Source of the DNA: Eledone cirrhosa
Taxonomy: Eukaryota
Assembly: GCA_964016885.1 (NCBI GenBank)
Contig: OZ024741.1
Coordinates: 413,974,001 to 414,038,000, forward strand
Direction of reading: 5' to 3'
DNA: 64,000 nt
The notes under the pieces were generated by a model. It searched no databases. It was not told where the DNA came from and saw nothing but the letters and a program-made list of their open reading frames with translations. The position numbers and the translations under genes are program-made. How positions within the stretch are numbered: position 1 is the first letter of the stretch; the number at the start of each line of letters is the position of its first letter. Shown here piece after piece: positions 12,340 to 24,332 of this stretch.

Positions 12340-13998
12340 TGAAATTAGAACAGACTCGGCTGCTGGACCTGATGGATTCCCAGCAGTTCTCCTAAAAATA
12401 TGTAAGCGGGCCTTAGCAACTCCACTGAAGATGCTCTTCAGAAGCTCCTTGGCTAGCGGTGTACTACCCAGGGAGCTGAAAGAAGGCACAATATGCCCTA
12501 TCCATAAAGGAGGTAGTAGAGCGGAGGCCAAGAACTATAGGCCAGTCTCCCTGACGTCGCATATCAGTAAGGTCATGGAGCGAGTCGTCAGAAAGAAACT
12601 AATCACTTTCCTCGAACAAAATGACCGCCTGACTAGCACGCAACATGGCTTCCGCCCAGGAAGAAGCTGCCTTACACAGCTGCTACATCACTACGACTGG
12701 GTACTGAGACAGCTACTAGACAGCTCACATGTAGACGTGATATATCTTGACTTTGCGAAGGCCTTTGACAAGGTCGACCACGGAATGATATGTCACAAAC
12801 TACACGGACTCAGCATAACTGGAAAAGTAGGTGAGTGGCTGCATGGCTTCCTAAGGGACAGAAGCCAGGCAGTCGCAGCAAATGGGGCCCTCTCGAGGGA
12901 AACACTGATAACAAGTGGGGTGCCCCAGGGGACAGTCCTGGGACCACTACTGTTTTTGGTGGCTCTCTCGGACATGCCCTCTGTGGTGCATTCAACAACA
13001 TCCCTCACTAGCTATGCTGATGACACTAAAGTAGCACAGGCAATCAAAAACCCGGCTGACGCTGCCCTCTTACAGCAGGATCTGGATGCCATATACAGAT
13101 GGGCGGAAGAAAACAACATGCAGTTTAATGCTGGCAAATTCCAAGCCCTACAATACAAACCTGCAAACACAAATATAGTGGAACACAGCTACACAGGACC
13201 AGGAGGGACCGATATCCCCGTGTCAAAATCGATACGAGACCTGGGCATAGACATGAGCGATGATGCATCTTTTTCCTCACACATCATGAAAGTGGCGACA
13301 ACATGCAGACGACTTGCTGGCTGGATCTTGAGGATTTTCCGGACAAGAGATCGAGACACCATGTTGACACTGTGGAGGACTTTTGTCCTAAGCCGCCTAG
13401 GCTACTGCTCCCAGTTGTGGTCACCCCATAGTGTCAAACTAACCACGGAGCTTGAGGCAATACAGCGAAGCTACACCAAGAGGATTGCCAAGATGAGGGA
13501 GACAAGCTACTGGGAGAGGCTAAAGGAACTGAACCTCTACTCCGTGGAGCGAAGACGGGAGAGATACGCAGTGATCTACATGTGGAAAATCCTGGAGGGA
13601 CTAGCACCAAACTTTGGCATTGGGAGCTGGACCAACCGCCGAACAGGACGTCACTGTGTGGTGCCAAAGGTCCCGTCTTCCACATCTAGAATAAGGAGCA
13701 GGTATTGCAATAGCCTGGGATTCAAGGGCCCTCAACTCTTCAACAGGCTGCCGAGGCATCTGCGAGACTTGCATGACGTGGAGGTGGATGTCTTTAAGAA
13801 ACATCTCGACACCTTGTTATCCAGGATCCCGGATGAGCCCACAGCAAGACACGAGGGAAACCTAAGGGCAGCAGCAACAAACTCCCTCTTACACCAGTGG
13901 CCAACCTATACAGGCTGGAGATAAAATGTGTAGCAACAAGGGCGATGCCCCAGCATGGCCTCAGCCAGATGGCTGAAACAGGTAAAAGAGTAAAAGAG
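12340..13998 (+). mobile_element. 5'-truncated CR1-group LINE with (GTAAAAGA)n tail
   Basis: RT ORF is homologous to 4780-7815. Tail GTAAAAGAGTAAAAGAG. Confidence 0.88.
12431..13924 (+). CDS. CR1-group reverse transcriptase (partial ORF2)
   Basis: [39 protein letters not shown]. Confidence 0.88.
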   Translation: MLFRSSLASGVLPRELKEGTICPIHKGGSRAEAKNYRPVSLTSHISKVMERVVRKKLITFLEQNDRLTSTQHGFRPGRSCLTQLLHHYDWVLRQLLDSSHVDVIYLDFAKAFDKVDHGMICHKLHGLSITGKVGEWLHGFLRDRSQAVAANGALSRETLITSGVPQGTVLGPLLFLVALSDMPSVVHSTTSLTSYADDTKVAQAIKNPADAALLQQDLDAIYRWAEENNMQFNAGKFQALQYKPANTNIVEHSYTGPGGTDIPVSKSIRDLGIDMSDDASFSSHIMKVATTCRRLAGWILRIFRTRDRDTMLTLWRTFVLSRLGYCSQLWSPHSVKLTTELEAIQRSYTKRIAKMRETSYWERLKELNLYSVERRRERYAVIYMWKILEGLAPNFGIGSWTNRRTGRHCVVPKVPSSTSRIRSRYCNSLGFKGPQLFNRLPRHLRDLHDVEVDVFKKHLDTLLSRIPDEPTARHEGNLRAAATNSLLHQWPTYTGWR

Positions 13999-14032
<34 letters not shown>

Positions 14033-14057
14033 CATATGTATATACATATTTATATAC

Positions 14058-14088
<31 letters not shown>

Positions 14089-14105
14089 CATATATACATA
14101 TATAC

Positions 14106-14136
<31 letters not shown>

Positions 14137-14288
14137 CATATATACATATATATATATATATATGTGAATATAGACATAGAATATTCGAAAATATTCTGTA
14201 TGTTTATAATAAACATTTTGAAGACCTAATCGCTATAGAATAGAATACGTCACGTATTACAATTAGATTCTCGATAAAAGCAAGGGAA

Positions 14289-14331
14289 GTAATCTACGCG
14301 TTTCATTCTCGTTAGAAATCATCAGGACCAC
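14289..14331 (-). ncRNA. Type I hammerhead ribozyme (H2 unit)
   Basis: Reverse complement reads GTGGTC CTGATGA TTTCT-AACG-AGAAT GAAAC GC GTA GATTAC. Confidence 0.8.
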
Positions 14332-14598
14332 ATATCCAGTGCTTTTATCGAGAATGACACAGCTAGAGACTTATAGAATACTTAGCTGTGTACAGGAACT
14401 GGTTTGAAAGAGCGGTTGCCGGTCCGGCAGAAATTAGAAATTGGAATAAATGCTCTGAAATAGCGATATATATGTGAATATAGACATAGAATATTCGAAA
14501 ATATTCTGTATGTTTATAATAAACATTTTGAAGACCTAATCGCTATAGAATAGAATACGTCACGTATTACAATTAGATTCTCGATAAAAGCAAGGGAA

Positions 14599-14641
14599 GT
14601 AATCTACGCGTTTCATTCTCGTTAGAAATCATCAGGACCAC
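14599..14641 (-). ncRNA. Type I hammerhead ribozyme (H2 unit)
   Basis: Identical to 14289-14331. Confidence 0.8.
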
Positions 14642-14908
14642 ATATCCAGTGCTTTTATCGAGAATGACACAGCTAGAGACTTATAGAATACTTAGCTGTG
14701 TACAGGAACTGGTTTGAAAGAGCGGTTGCCGGTCCGGCAGAAATTAGAAATTGGAATAAATGCTCTGAAATAGCGATATATATGTGAATATAGACATAGA
14801 ATATTCGAAAATATTCTGTATGTTTATAATAAACATTTTGAAGACCTAATCGCTATAGAATAGAATACGTCACGTATTACAATTAGATTCTCGATAAAAG
14901 CAAGGGAA

Positions 14909-14951
14909 GTAATCTACGCGTTTCATTCTCGTTAGAAATCATCAGGACCAC
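14909..14951 (-). ncRNA. Type I hammerhead ribozyme (H2 unit)
   Basis: Identical to 14289-14331, adjacent to the inversion point. Confidence 0.8.
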
Positions 14952-15114
14952 ATATTCTATGTCTATATTCACATATATATCGCTATTTCAGAGCATTTAT
15001 TCCAATTTCTAATTTCTGCCGGACCGGCAACCGCTCTTTCAAACCAGTTCCTGTACACAGCTAAGTATTCTATAAGTCTCTAGCTGTGTCATTCTCGATA
15101 AAAGCACTGGATAT

Positions 15115-15157
15115 GTGGTCCTGATGATTTCTAACGAGAATGAAACGCGTAGATTAC
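15115..15157 (+). ncRNA. Type I hammerhead ribozyme (H2 unit)
   Basis: GTGGTC CTGATGA TTTCT-AACG-AGAAT GAAAC GC GTA GATTAC. Stem I GTGGTC/GATTAC (two G-U pairs), palindromic stem III ACGCGT, GUA triplet. Confidence 0.8.
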
Positions 15158-15429
15158 TTCCCTTGCTTTTATCGAGAATCTAATTGTAATACGTGACGTA
15201 TTCTATTCTATTCTATAGCGATTAGGTCTTCAAAATGTTTATTATAAACATACAGAATATTTTCGAATATTCTATGTCTATATTCACATATATATCGCTA
15301 TTTCAGAGCATTTATTCCAATTTCTAATTTCTGCCGGACCGGCAACCGCTCTTTCAAACCAGTTCCTGTACACAGCTAAGTATTCTATAAGTCTCTAGCT
15401 GTGTCATTCTCGATAAAAGCACTGGATAT

Positions 15430-15472
15430 GTGGTCCTGATGATTTCTAACGAGAATGAAACGCGTAGATTAC
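15430..15472 (+). ncRNA. Type I hammerhead ribozyme (H2 unit)
   Basis: Identical to 15115-15157. Confidence 0.8.
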
Positions 15473-15739
15473 TTCCCTTGCTTTTATCGAGAATCTAATT
15501 GTAATACGTGACGTATTCTATTCTATAGCGATTAGGTCTTCAAAATGTTTATTATAAACATACAGAATATTTTCGAATATTCTATGTCTATATTCACATA
15601 TATATCGCTATTTCAGAGCATTTATTCCAATTTCTAATTTCTGCCGGACCGGCAACCGCTCTTTCAAACCAGTTCCTGTACACAGCTAAGTATTCTATAA
15701 GTCTCTAGCTGTGTCATTCTCGATAAAAGCACTGGATAT

Positions 15740-15782
15740 GTGGTCCTGATGATTTCTAACGAGAATGAAACGCGTAGATTAC
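15740..15782 (+). ncRNA. Type I hammerhead ribozyme (H2 unit)
   Basis: Identical to 15115-15157. Confidence 0.8.
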
Positions 15783-16080
15783 TTCCCTTGCTTTTATCGA
15801 GAATCTAATTGTAATACGTGACGTATTCTATTCTATAGCGATTAGGTCTTCAAAATGTTTATTATAAACATACAGAATATTTTCGAATATTCTATGTCTA
15901 TATTCACATATATATCGCTATTTCAGAGCATTTATTCCAATTTATATATATATATATATATACATACACATATATATATATATATATATACATACATATA
16001 TATATATATATATACATATATACATACATATATATATATATATACATATTATTAGATTATATATATATACATATTATTAG

Positions 16081-18120
16081 ATTACTAAATGAGGAGAATG
16101 CATGGGAAGAAGAGACCCTACCCCACGTAGACCCTATAGAGGGACCAGCAGTACAAGTCAGCGGCAGCGTAGTAAGTAAGGCAATCAGAGATATGAAGAT
16201 AGGGAAGGCAACCGGTCCATCGGGTATAGCTGCCGAGATGCTGAAGGCATCTGGGTCTGTAGGTCACACTATAACCACACGTATCGTTAACCAGGTAATA
16301 CTAGAGGGGGCCATACCAAAAGATTGGTGCAGTAGCATCATTGTCAACTGCTACAAAGGTAAAGGCGATGCACTAGATAGAGGAAACTATAGAGGTATAA
16401 AGTTGATGGACCAGGTCATGAAAGTAACAGAAAGAGTTATAGCACAGCTGATTAGGGACCGGGTGAATATAGACGAGATGCAATTTGGGTTTGTTCCAGG
16501 GAAAGGCACCACTGATGCGCTCTTCCTTGTGAGGCAATTACAGGAAAAGTACCTAGCTAAAAGTAAGCCACTCTACTTGGCATTTGTCGACCTTGAGAAA
16601 GCCTTTGACAGAGTTCCACGTGCAGTAATCTGGTGGGCTCTTAGAAAACTAGGAGTAGATGAATGGCTTGTGAAAGCGGTACAAGCCATGTATAGGGGAG
16701 CAGTCAGCAAAGTTAGGATTGGCAATGAGTATAGCGAGGAATTTAGCGTACAGGTTGGGGTCCACCAGGGCTCTGTTCTTAGCCCTCTCCTGTTCATCAT
16801 AGTCCTGCAGGCAATAACGGAGGAGTTTAAGACCGGATGCCCATGGGAACTCCTGTATGCTGATGACCTCGCACTCATAGCTGAATCTATGGTAGAACTA
16901 GAGAATAAATTCCAAACCTGGAAGCAGGGACTAGAGAGAAAGGGCCTCAAAGTCAACATGACAAAGACTAAGGTCCTTATAAGTAGACGAGAAAACAGAA
17001 CCCAGATCCCCTCAGGGAAATGGCCTTGCTCAGTATGTAGGAAAGGTGTAGGTAGGAACTCCATTCTCTGCCCCAAATGCAAACAATGGGTACACAAGAG
17101 ATGTAGCGGGATCTCAGGAAGCTTAATTAAGAATGTAGGATTCACATGCAGCAGCTGTGCTGAAACAGCAAGCAAACAGCCACAGGAAACAAGTACCACC
17201 AATCTCTGGGAGGGCCCTGTAGAAACAGTAGACAGCTTCTGCTACCTAGGTGACCGAATTAGCAACGGAGGTGGGTGCTCAGAAAGTACAATAACTAGGG
17301 TAAGAACGGGATGGAAGAAGTTTAGGGAACTACTACCACTGCTAGCTGCAAAAGGCTTCTCCCTCAGAATGAAAGGCAGACTGTATGATGCGTGTATCCG
17401 AACAGCGATGTTGCATGGTAGTGAGACCTGGGCGCTGAAGGTGGAAGACTTACGTAGATTAGAGAGAAACGAAGCCTGCATGCTCCGATGGATGTGTAAC
17501 AGTAATATACGTGAACGACAAAGCATAAATGAATTGAGAGAGAGACTGAGCATAAGAGGAATCAAATGCTGCGTGCAGGAGAGGCGGTTACGCTGGTATG
17601 GACATGTGATGCGTATGAAGGATGACAGCTGCATAAAAAGGTGCAGAGCACTAGAAGTTGATGGAAACCGCGGAGTGGGGAGACCCAAGATGACTTGGGA
17701 TGAGGTGATAAAAGCCGACCTTACCCAACTACACCTCTCAAAGTCAATGACACACGACCGTGACTTCTGGCGTCACGCAGTAATACAGGGTACCCGACCT
17801 CCCATGGGTACATGCTGAAGCATATAAACAATATGCCCCCCCCCCCCACCGCAAGGTGGTCGTGGAGGTGCCACGGCAAAAAAGCACCCAGCCCACACTG
17901 TAAAGTGGACGTGTAGGCGCCACGAAAAAGCACCCAGCACTCACTGTAAATGAGGTTGGTGTTAGGAAGGGCATCCAGCTGTAGAAATCAAGCCAGATCA
18001 GTTCCTGTATGAGCAAGGCATGGTCAGCCGACCAGACACTGCCCACAACAGGACAACCCGTCTAACCCATGCTAGCGTGGAAGAACGGACGTAAAACGGT
18101 GATGATGATGATGATGATGA
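16081..18120 (+). mobile_element. 5'-truncated RTE family A copy
   Basis: Near-identical reverse complement of 8043-10084, with (GAT)n tail. Confidence 0.92.
16193..17818 (+). CDS. RTE reverse transcriptase with inserted C4HC3 PHD-like finger (partial ORF2, uninterrupted)
   Basis: [32 protein letters not shown]-x10-CPKC-x4-HKRC-x14-CSSC, FCYLG, RLRWYGHV. Confidence 0.9.
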   Translation: MKIGKATGPSGIAAEMLKASGSVGHTITTRIVNQVILEGAIPKDWCSSIIVNCYKGKGDALDRGNYRGIKLMDQVMKVTERVIAQLIRDRVNIDEMQFGFVPGKGTTDALFLVRQLQEKYLAKSKPLYLAFVDLEKAFDRVPRAVIWWALRKLGVDEWLVKAVQAMYRGAVSKVRIGNEYSEEFSVQVGVHQGSVLSPLLFIIVLQAITEEFKTGCPWELLYADDLALIAESMVELENKFQTWKQGLERKGLKVNMTKTKVLISRRENRTQIPSGKWPCSVCRKGVGRNSILCPKCKQWVHKRCSGISGSLIKNVGFTCSSCAETASKQPQETSTTNLWEGPVETVDSFCYLGDRISNGGGCSESTITRVRTGWKKFRELLPLLAAKGFSLRMKGRLYDACIRTAMLHGSETWALKVEDLRRLERNEACMLRWMCNSNIRERQSINELRERLSIRGIKCCVQERRLRWYGHVMRMKDDSCIKRCRALEVDGNRGVGRPKMTWDEVIKADLTQLHLSKSMTHDRDFWRHAVIQGTRPPMGTC

Positions 18121-18238
18121 TATGAATATATATACATATATATATATGTATATATATACATATATATGTATATATATACATATATACATATGTATATATA
18201 TACATATATACATATGTATATATATACATATATACATA

Positions 18239-18276
<38 letters not shown>

Positions 18277-18283
<7 letters not shown>

Positions 18284-19286
18284 GATCGAGTATCGAAAAA
18301 TCGGCGCACGAGTTCACGATAAACAATATTCGAAATGAGCAGCAGAGGGCTCAATAATTCAGATGAATCAGAGCTATAACTATCGTTAAAATACCGTCAC
18401 ACATAGAACAAGTCTAAAATCAACCATACGATAAAAAATCGATAATAGAAGATTCGGGACAAACAGATAAAAAATATCAATAAAACAATACATCAATAAT
18501 TTAAATGAATGTAAAATCATACCTGGACCCACTAGAAAGGTGTTAAATCTAGCTTCTTGGGTTTTTGTAAATCCTTAGACTGTACTCTATCAGCTCACAT
18601 ATAAATATATAAGACTACTAGAGCAAGAGGAATGGAGTTTACTTCATCAACGAGCTTTTTCCTAGCGGATAAGAGGCTAACTATAAGCGAAATACGCACA
18701 TGGAATTCGACAAGGGAGATAACCTCTACATCCGCGAAAACTATTCGAGGAAATGTGGAAATACACATATCGAATAAGAGTGCTCAATAGACATGTTAAA
18801 ATAAAACAAGAGCTATTCATCACTCAATAGAATCGACAAAAAATGAGCAATAAAATTAACTGGTGGATAGCTATGTCCAGAGCTAAAAATATTAGAAAGA
18901 TCGAGTATCGAAAAATCGGCGCACGAGTTCACGATAAACAATATTCGAAATGAGCGGCAGAGGGCTCAATAATTCAGATGAATCAGAGCTATAACTATCG
19001 TTAAAATACCGTCACACATAGAACAAGTCTAAAATCAACCATACGATAAAAAATCGATAATAGAAGATTCGGGACAAACAGATAAAAAATATCAATAAAA
19101 CAATACATCAATAATTTAAATGAATGTAAAATCATACCCGGACCCACTAGAAAGGTGTTAAATCTAGCTTCTTGGGTTTCTGTAAATCCTTAGACTGTAC
19201 TCTATCAGCTCACATATAAATATATAAGACTACTAGAGCAAGAGGAATGGAGTTTACTTCATCAACGAGCTTTTTCCTAGCGGATA
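18277..19286 (-). mobile_element. Non-coding partial-tandem element with a 615-bp unit (~1.65 copies), family H3
   Basis: TTAGAAAGATCGAG starts at 18277 and 18892, and a third copy with the same terminus is at 63729. Carries the GCTCTG..ATTGAGC stem-loop on the minus strand. Confidence 0.75.
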
Positions 19287-19440
19287 CATATATATATATG
19301 TATATATATATACATATATATATATGTACATATATACATATATATATATGTACATATATATGTATATACATATATATATATGTACATATATATGTATATA
19401 CATATGTATATATATACTTATATACATATATATATGTATA

Positions 19441-20418
19441 TCATCATCATCATCATCATCAACGTTTAACGTCCGTGTTCCACGCTTGCATGGGTTTGGC
19501 CGGGGATTTCCCACTTGAGGCAAGAGTGATTGTCTTGCTCGCATAGGACTGTCTGGCAGGTTTTCTACAGTTGGATGCCCTTCCTAACACCAACCACATT
19601 TACAGTGTGGGACTGGGAGGTTTTTACCGTGTTGCCTACACGGCCACATTACAGCGTGGACTGTGTGTTTTTTTGTCGTGACACCTACACGATCTCATTT
19701 GTTTCGGCCTGGATGGTGTGCCACCAACATAACTTTACATTGAAGGGGGTGGTGTGGATGGGGTGGGGGTGGTGGGACGGGGGTGTATTTTGTTAGAGAT
19801 GCCTACTGATGTAGTAGGTTTTACTATGTATTTAGGTAAGGCGGGTCTTCTCTATTACTGAGTACCGCCAAAGGTCTCGGTCCAGTGGCATTGTCTTGGA
19901 GAGGTGTAAGTGTGTGAGGTCGGAGTTTATCAGCTCGTCCCAGGTTTTTCTAGGTCTGCCTATTCCGTGGCTACTGTCTATCTTTATTGCCCTGCACTTT
20001 GTTATACAGCTATCGACTTTCATGCGCATCACGTGTCCATACCAACGTAGCCTTCTCTCGAGTAAACAACATCTGATCCCTCTTATTTCTAATTTTTTCC
20101 TTAGTTCGTTTATGCTTTGCCGTTCACGCATATTACTATTACACATCCAGCGGAGCATGCAAGCTTCGTTCCTCTCTAGTCTGCGTATATCCTCTGCACA
20201 CAATGCCCAGGTCTCACTGCCATGCAACATTGCTGTTCGTATGCAGGCATCATACAACCTGCCTTTCATTTTTAGGGAGAACCCTTTAGCGGCTAATAGT
20301 GGTATAAGCTCTCTGAACTTTTTTCATCCAGTTCTGACTCTAGCTACTGTACTTTAAGAGCACCCTCCCCCACTGCTGATTTTGTCACCCAGGTAATGGA
20401 AGCTGTCCACTATTTCTA
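19441..20418 (-). mobile_element. 5'-truncated RTE family B copy
   Basis: ORF MKGRLYDACIRTAMLHGSETW..RLRWYGHV, 3'UTR and (GAT)n tail. Confidence 0.88.
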
Positions 20419-20661
20419 TAGACATATACATATATATATGTATATATATACATATATATACATATATGTATATATATACATATACATACATATATACATA
20501 TATATATATATGTATATATATACATATATATACATATGTATATATATATACATACATATATACATATATATATATGTATATATATACATATATATACATA
20601 TATATATATATGTATATATATACATATATATACATATATATATATATGTATATATATATAC

Positions 20662-20713
<52 letters not shown>

Positions 20714-20898
20714 GTATATATATACATATATATACATATATATATATACATATATATGTATATATATGTATATATATACATATATATACATATATATATA
20801 TACATATATGTATATATATACATATATATACACATATATATATATGTATATATATATATGTATATATATACAAATATACATATATATACACATATATA

Positions 20899-20932
<34 letters not shown>

Positions 20933-21211
20933 CATATATACATATATATACATATATATATATGTATATATATACATATATATATGTATATATATACATA
21001 TATATATATGTATATATATACATATATATATACATATATATACATATATATACACATATATATAGATATATATATATATACATTTATACACATATATATA
21101 TGTATATATACATATATACACATATATATATGTATATATACATATATACACATATATATATGTATATATACATATATATACATATATACATATATATATG
21201 TATATATACAT

Positions 21212-21490
21212 ATGAGCGATAATGCATCTTTTACACATCATGGGGCGTGGCAACAATGTGTAGACGACTCGCTAGCTGGATCTTGAGGACTTTCGGAGCT
21301 GGTCCAACCCCTGAACAGAACGTCACTGTCTGGTGCCAAAGGTCCCGTCTTCCACATCTAGAATAAGGAGCAGATGTTGCAATAGCCTGGGGTTTAAAGG
21401 CCCTCAACTCTTCAAGAAGCTGCCAAAGGATTTGAGAGATCTGTATGGTGTGGCCGTGGATATTTTCAAGAAACATCTCGACACCTTGCT
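21212..21490 (+). mobile_element. Internally deleted CR1-group fragment related to 12340-13998
   Basis: Matches 13253-13340 and 13623-13818 with deletions ([13 protein letters not shown]). Confidence 0.8.
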
Positions 21491-21524
21491 ATTTTTGCCA
21501 TGTCTTTTACTTTACTTATAGATT

Positions 21525-21558
<34 letters not shown>

Positions 21559-21604
21559 ATAAATAAATAACAAAGAACGCTTATAGCATATGCATATCTT
21601 TACT

Positions 21605-21650
21605 TGCTAACATTGTTTCATCCGCACTATAAGTGGGACTCATCAGAGCA
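21605..21650 (-). ncRNA. Type I hammerhead ribozyme (H4)
   Basis: Reverse complement of 24287-24332. Confidence 0.8.
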
Positions 21651-22340
21651 TAAAGGTTAATTACATACCATACAAGCAATAACAAATCCAAGACATTGAA
21701 GAATGAAAGGTAATAATAGACGATAGAGGATAAGAATAAAAATAAAAATAAAAATAAAAGTAAAAATAAAAATAAAAATAAAAATAAGGGGTGCTATCAG
21801 TCACAGTTGGGCGATGTGCTGTCAACATATAGTTACATACAAGCATACACATGGATAAGAGAACAGACAAGAGTAGACACATGGATAAGAGAACAGACAA
21901 GAGTAGATAAGATAATGGGATTAGGTAAGAGTAGGTAAAAAATAGGTAAAAAATAGGTAAAAAACAGACTTATAATATATATAAAAAGAAATACAAAGAA
22001 ATACATAACAAACTTACATATAAAATATAAAATATAGGGTAAGGAATGAGATAAAATAATATAAAATTAAAAATTAAAATTTATATACATAGAACATAAT
22101 ATAGTATAATCGTAAAATAAGATAAAATAAGGTAAACTAAAATCAAATAACATAGACTAAATTAAAATAATATAATATAAGATATAATTAAAATCAAATG
22201 TATAATTATAATTATATGTATAATTAAATGTAATTAAATGTAATTAAATAAATAAATAAATAAATAAATAAAAATTAAATAAATAAATAAAATTTAAATT
22301 TAAATTTTAAAATTTTAAAATTAAAATCTAAATTTAAATA

Positions 22341-22383
<43 letters not shown>

Positions 22384-23370
22384 ATGGAGTCAAGTAAGTA
22401 AATAAATAAAATTAGATAACATGAAATGAAATAAAATAAAATGAAATAAAGTAAATTGAGATAAGATATATATTTTTTTAGAATATATCTCTTGAATATA
22501 TCAGGGGCCCACGAAGGCACTAAATGTGTGAACCGGTTTGTGATTACCCCACCGCTCAAGTGATACTGGTGACTGTGACACTTAGTGCCTTCGTGGACCC
22601 CTGATGTTTTCAAGAAATATATTTTAAAAAATTGGTGTGTGAACCGGTTTGTGATTACCCCACCGCTCAACTGTGTGAATGCACACCCATGACTTTCGAG
22701 TGAACTTTCGAGACTGCCCAACCTGCGACGCCTCCATTGCCTTGCAATGGTCAAGTGATACTGGTAAATAAGTAAATAAATAAAATTAGATAACATGAAA
22801 TGAAATAAAATAAAATGAAATAAAGTAAATTGAGATAAGATATATATTTTTTTAGAATATATCTCTTGAATATATCAGGGGCCCACGAAGGCACTACGTG
22901 TGTGAACCGGTTTGTGATTACCCCACCGCTCAAGTGATACTGGTGACTGTGACACTTAGTGCCTTCGTGGGCCCCTGATGTTTTCAAGAAATATATTTTA
23001 AAAAATTGGTGTGTGAACCGGTTTGTGATTACCCCACCGCTCAACTGTGTGAATGCACACCCATGACTTTCGAGTGAACTTTCGAGACTGCCCAACCTGC
23101 GACGCCTCCATTGCCTTGCAATGGTCAAGTGATACTGGTGACTGTGACACTTAGTGCCTTCGTGGGCCCCTGATGTTTTCAAGAAATATATTTTAAAAAA
23201 TTGGTCAAGTGATACACATAACTGTGACATTTAGTGCCTTCGTGGGCCCCTGATATATTCAAGAGATATATTCTAAAAAAATATATATCTTATCTCAATT
23301 TACTTTATTTCATTTTATTTTATTTCATTTCATGTTATCTAATTTTATTTATTTACTTACTTGACTCCAT

Positions 23371-23409
<39 letters not shown>

Positions 23410-23478
23410 TATTTAAATTTAGATTTTAATTTTAAAATTTTAAAATTTAAATTTAAATTTTATTTATTTATTTAATTT

Positions 23479-23514
<36 letters not shown>

Positions 23515-23841
23515 TTACATTTAATTACATTTAATTATACATATAATTATAATTATACATTTGATTTTAATTATATCTTATATTATATTATTTTAATTTA
23601 GTCTATGTTATTTGATTTTAGTTTACCTTATTTTATCTTATTTTACGATTATACTATATTATGTTCTATGTATATAATTTTTAATTTTTAATTTTATATT
23701 ATTTTATCTCATTCCTTACCCTATATTTTATATTTTATATGTAAGTTTGTTATGTATTTCTTTGTATTTCTTTTTATATATATTATAAGTCTGTTTTTTA
23801 CCTATTTTTTACCTATTTTTTACCTACTCTTACCTAATCCC

Positions 23842-24022
23842 GGATTGGCAGTATCGGTAGAGGGTCAGACACCATGCTTTCCAGCATAGTTACGTCCCTT
23901 TACGATCTGAGTTCAAATCCCGCCGAGGTTGACTTTGCCTTTCATCCTTACGAGGTCGATAAAATAAAGTACCAGTAATGCACTGGGATAATTGATGGCC
24001 TTGTGCCAAAAGTAGAAACAAT
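23842..24022 (+). mobile_element. tRNA-derived SINE with Meta-domain-like core, inserted in the right arm of H4 copy 1
   Basis: TGGCAGTATCGG A-box-like, GAGTTCAAATCC B-box, GCCTTTCATCCTT..GGTCGATAAAATAAAGTACCAGT. Absent from the left arm. Relatives at ~26676-26730, 27535-27690 and 42130-42205(-). Confidence 0.75.
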
Positions 24023-24286
24023 TATCTTATCTACTCTTGTCTGTTCTCTTATCCATGTGTCTACTCTTGTCTGTTCTCTTATCCATGTGTATGCTTGTAT
24101 GTAACTATATGTTGACAGCACATCGCCCAACTGTGACTGATAGCACCCCTTATTTTTATTTTTATTTTTATTTTTACTTTTATTTTTATTTTTATTTTTA
24201 TTCTTATCCTCTATCGTCTATTATTACCTTTCATTCTTCAATGTCTTGGATTTGTTATTGCTTGTATGGTATGTAATTAACCTTTA

Positions 24287-24332
24287 TGCTCTGATGAGTC
24301 CCACTTATAGTGCGGATGAAACAATGTTAGCA
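24287..24332 (+). ncRNA. Type I hammerhead ribozyme (H4)
   Basis: TGCT CTGATGA GTCC-CAC-TTATA-GTG-C-GGAT GAAAC AAT GTT AGCA. Stem I is extendable by CTTTA/TAAAG. GUU triplet. Confidence 0.8.

Larger units (their letters stand above)
14158..15943. mobile_element. Inverted tandem array of a 310-bp hammerhead-containing unit (retrozyme/Penelope pLTR-like, family H2)
   Basis: Units start at 14161, 14471 and 14781 (~2.6 copies). Orientation flips at ATAT 14952-14955, then ~3.2 reverse-complement copies follow. One HHR per unit. Confidence 0.9.
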
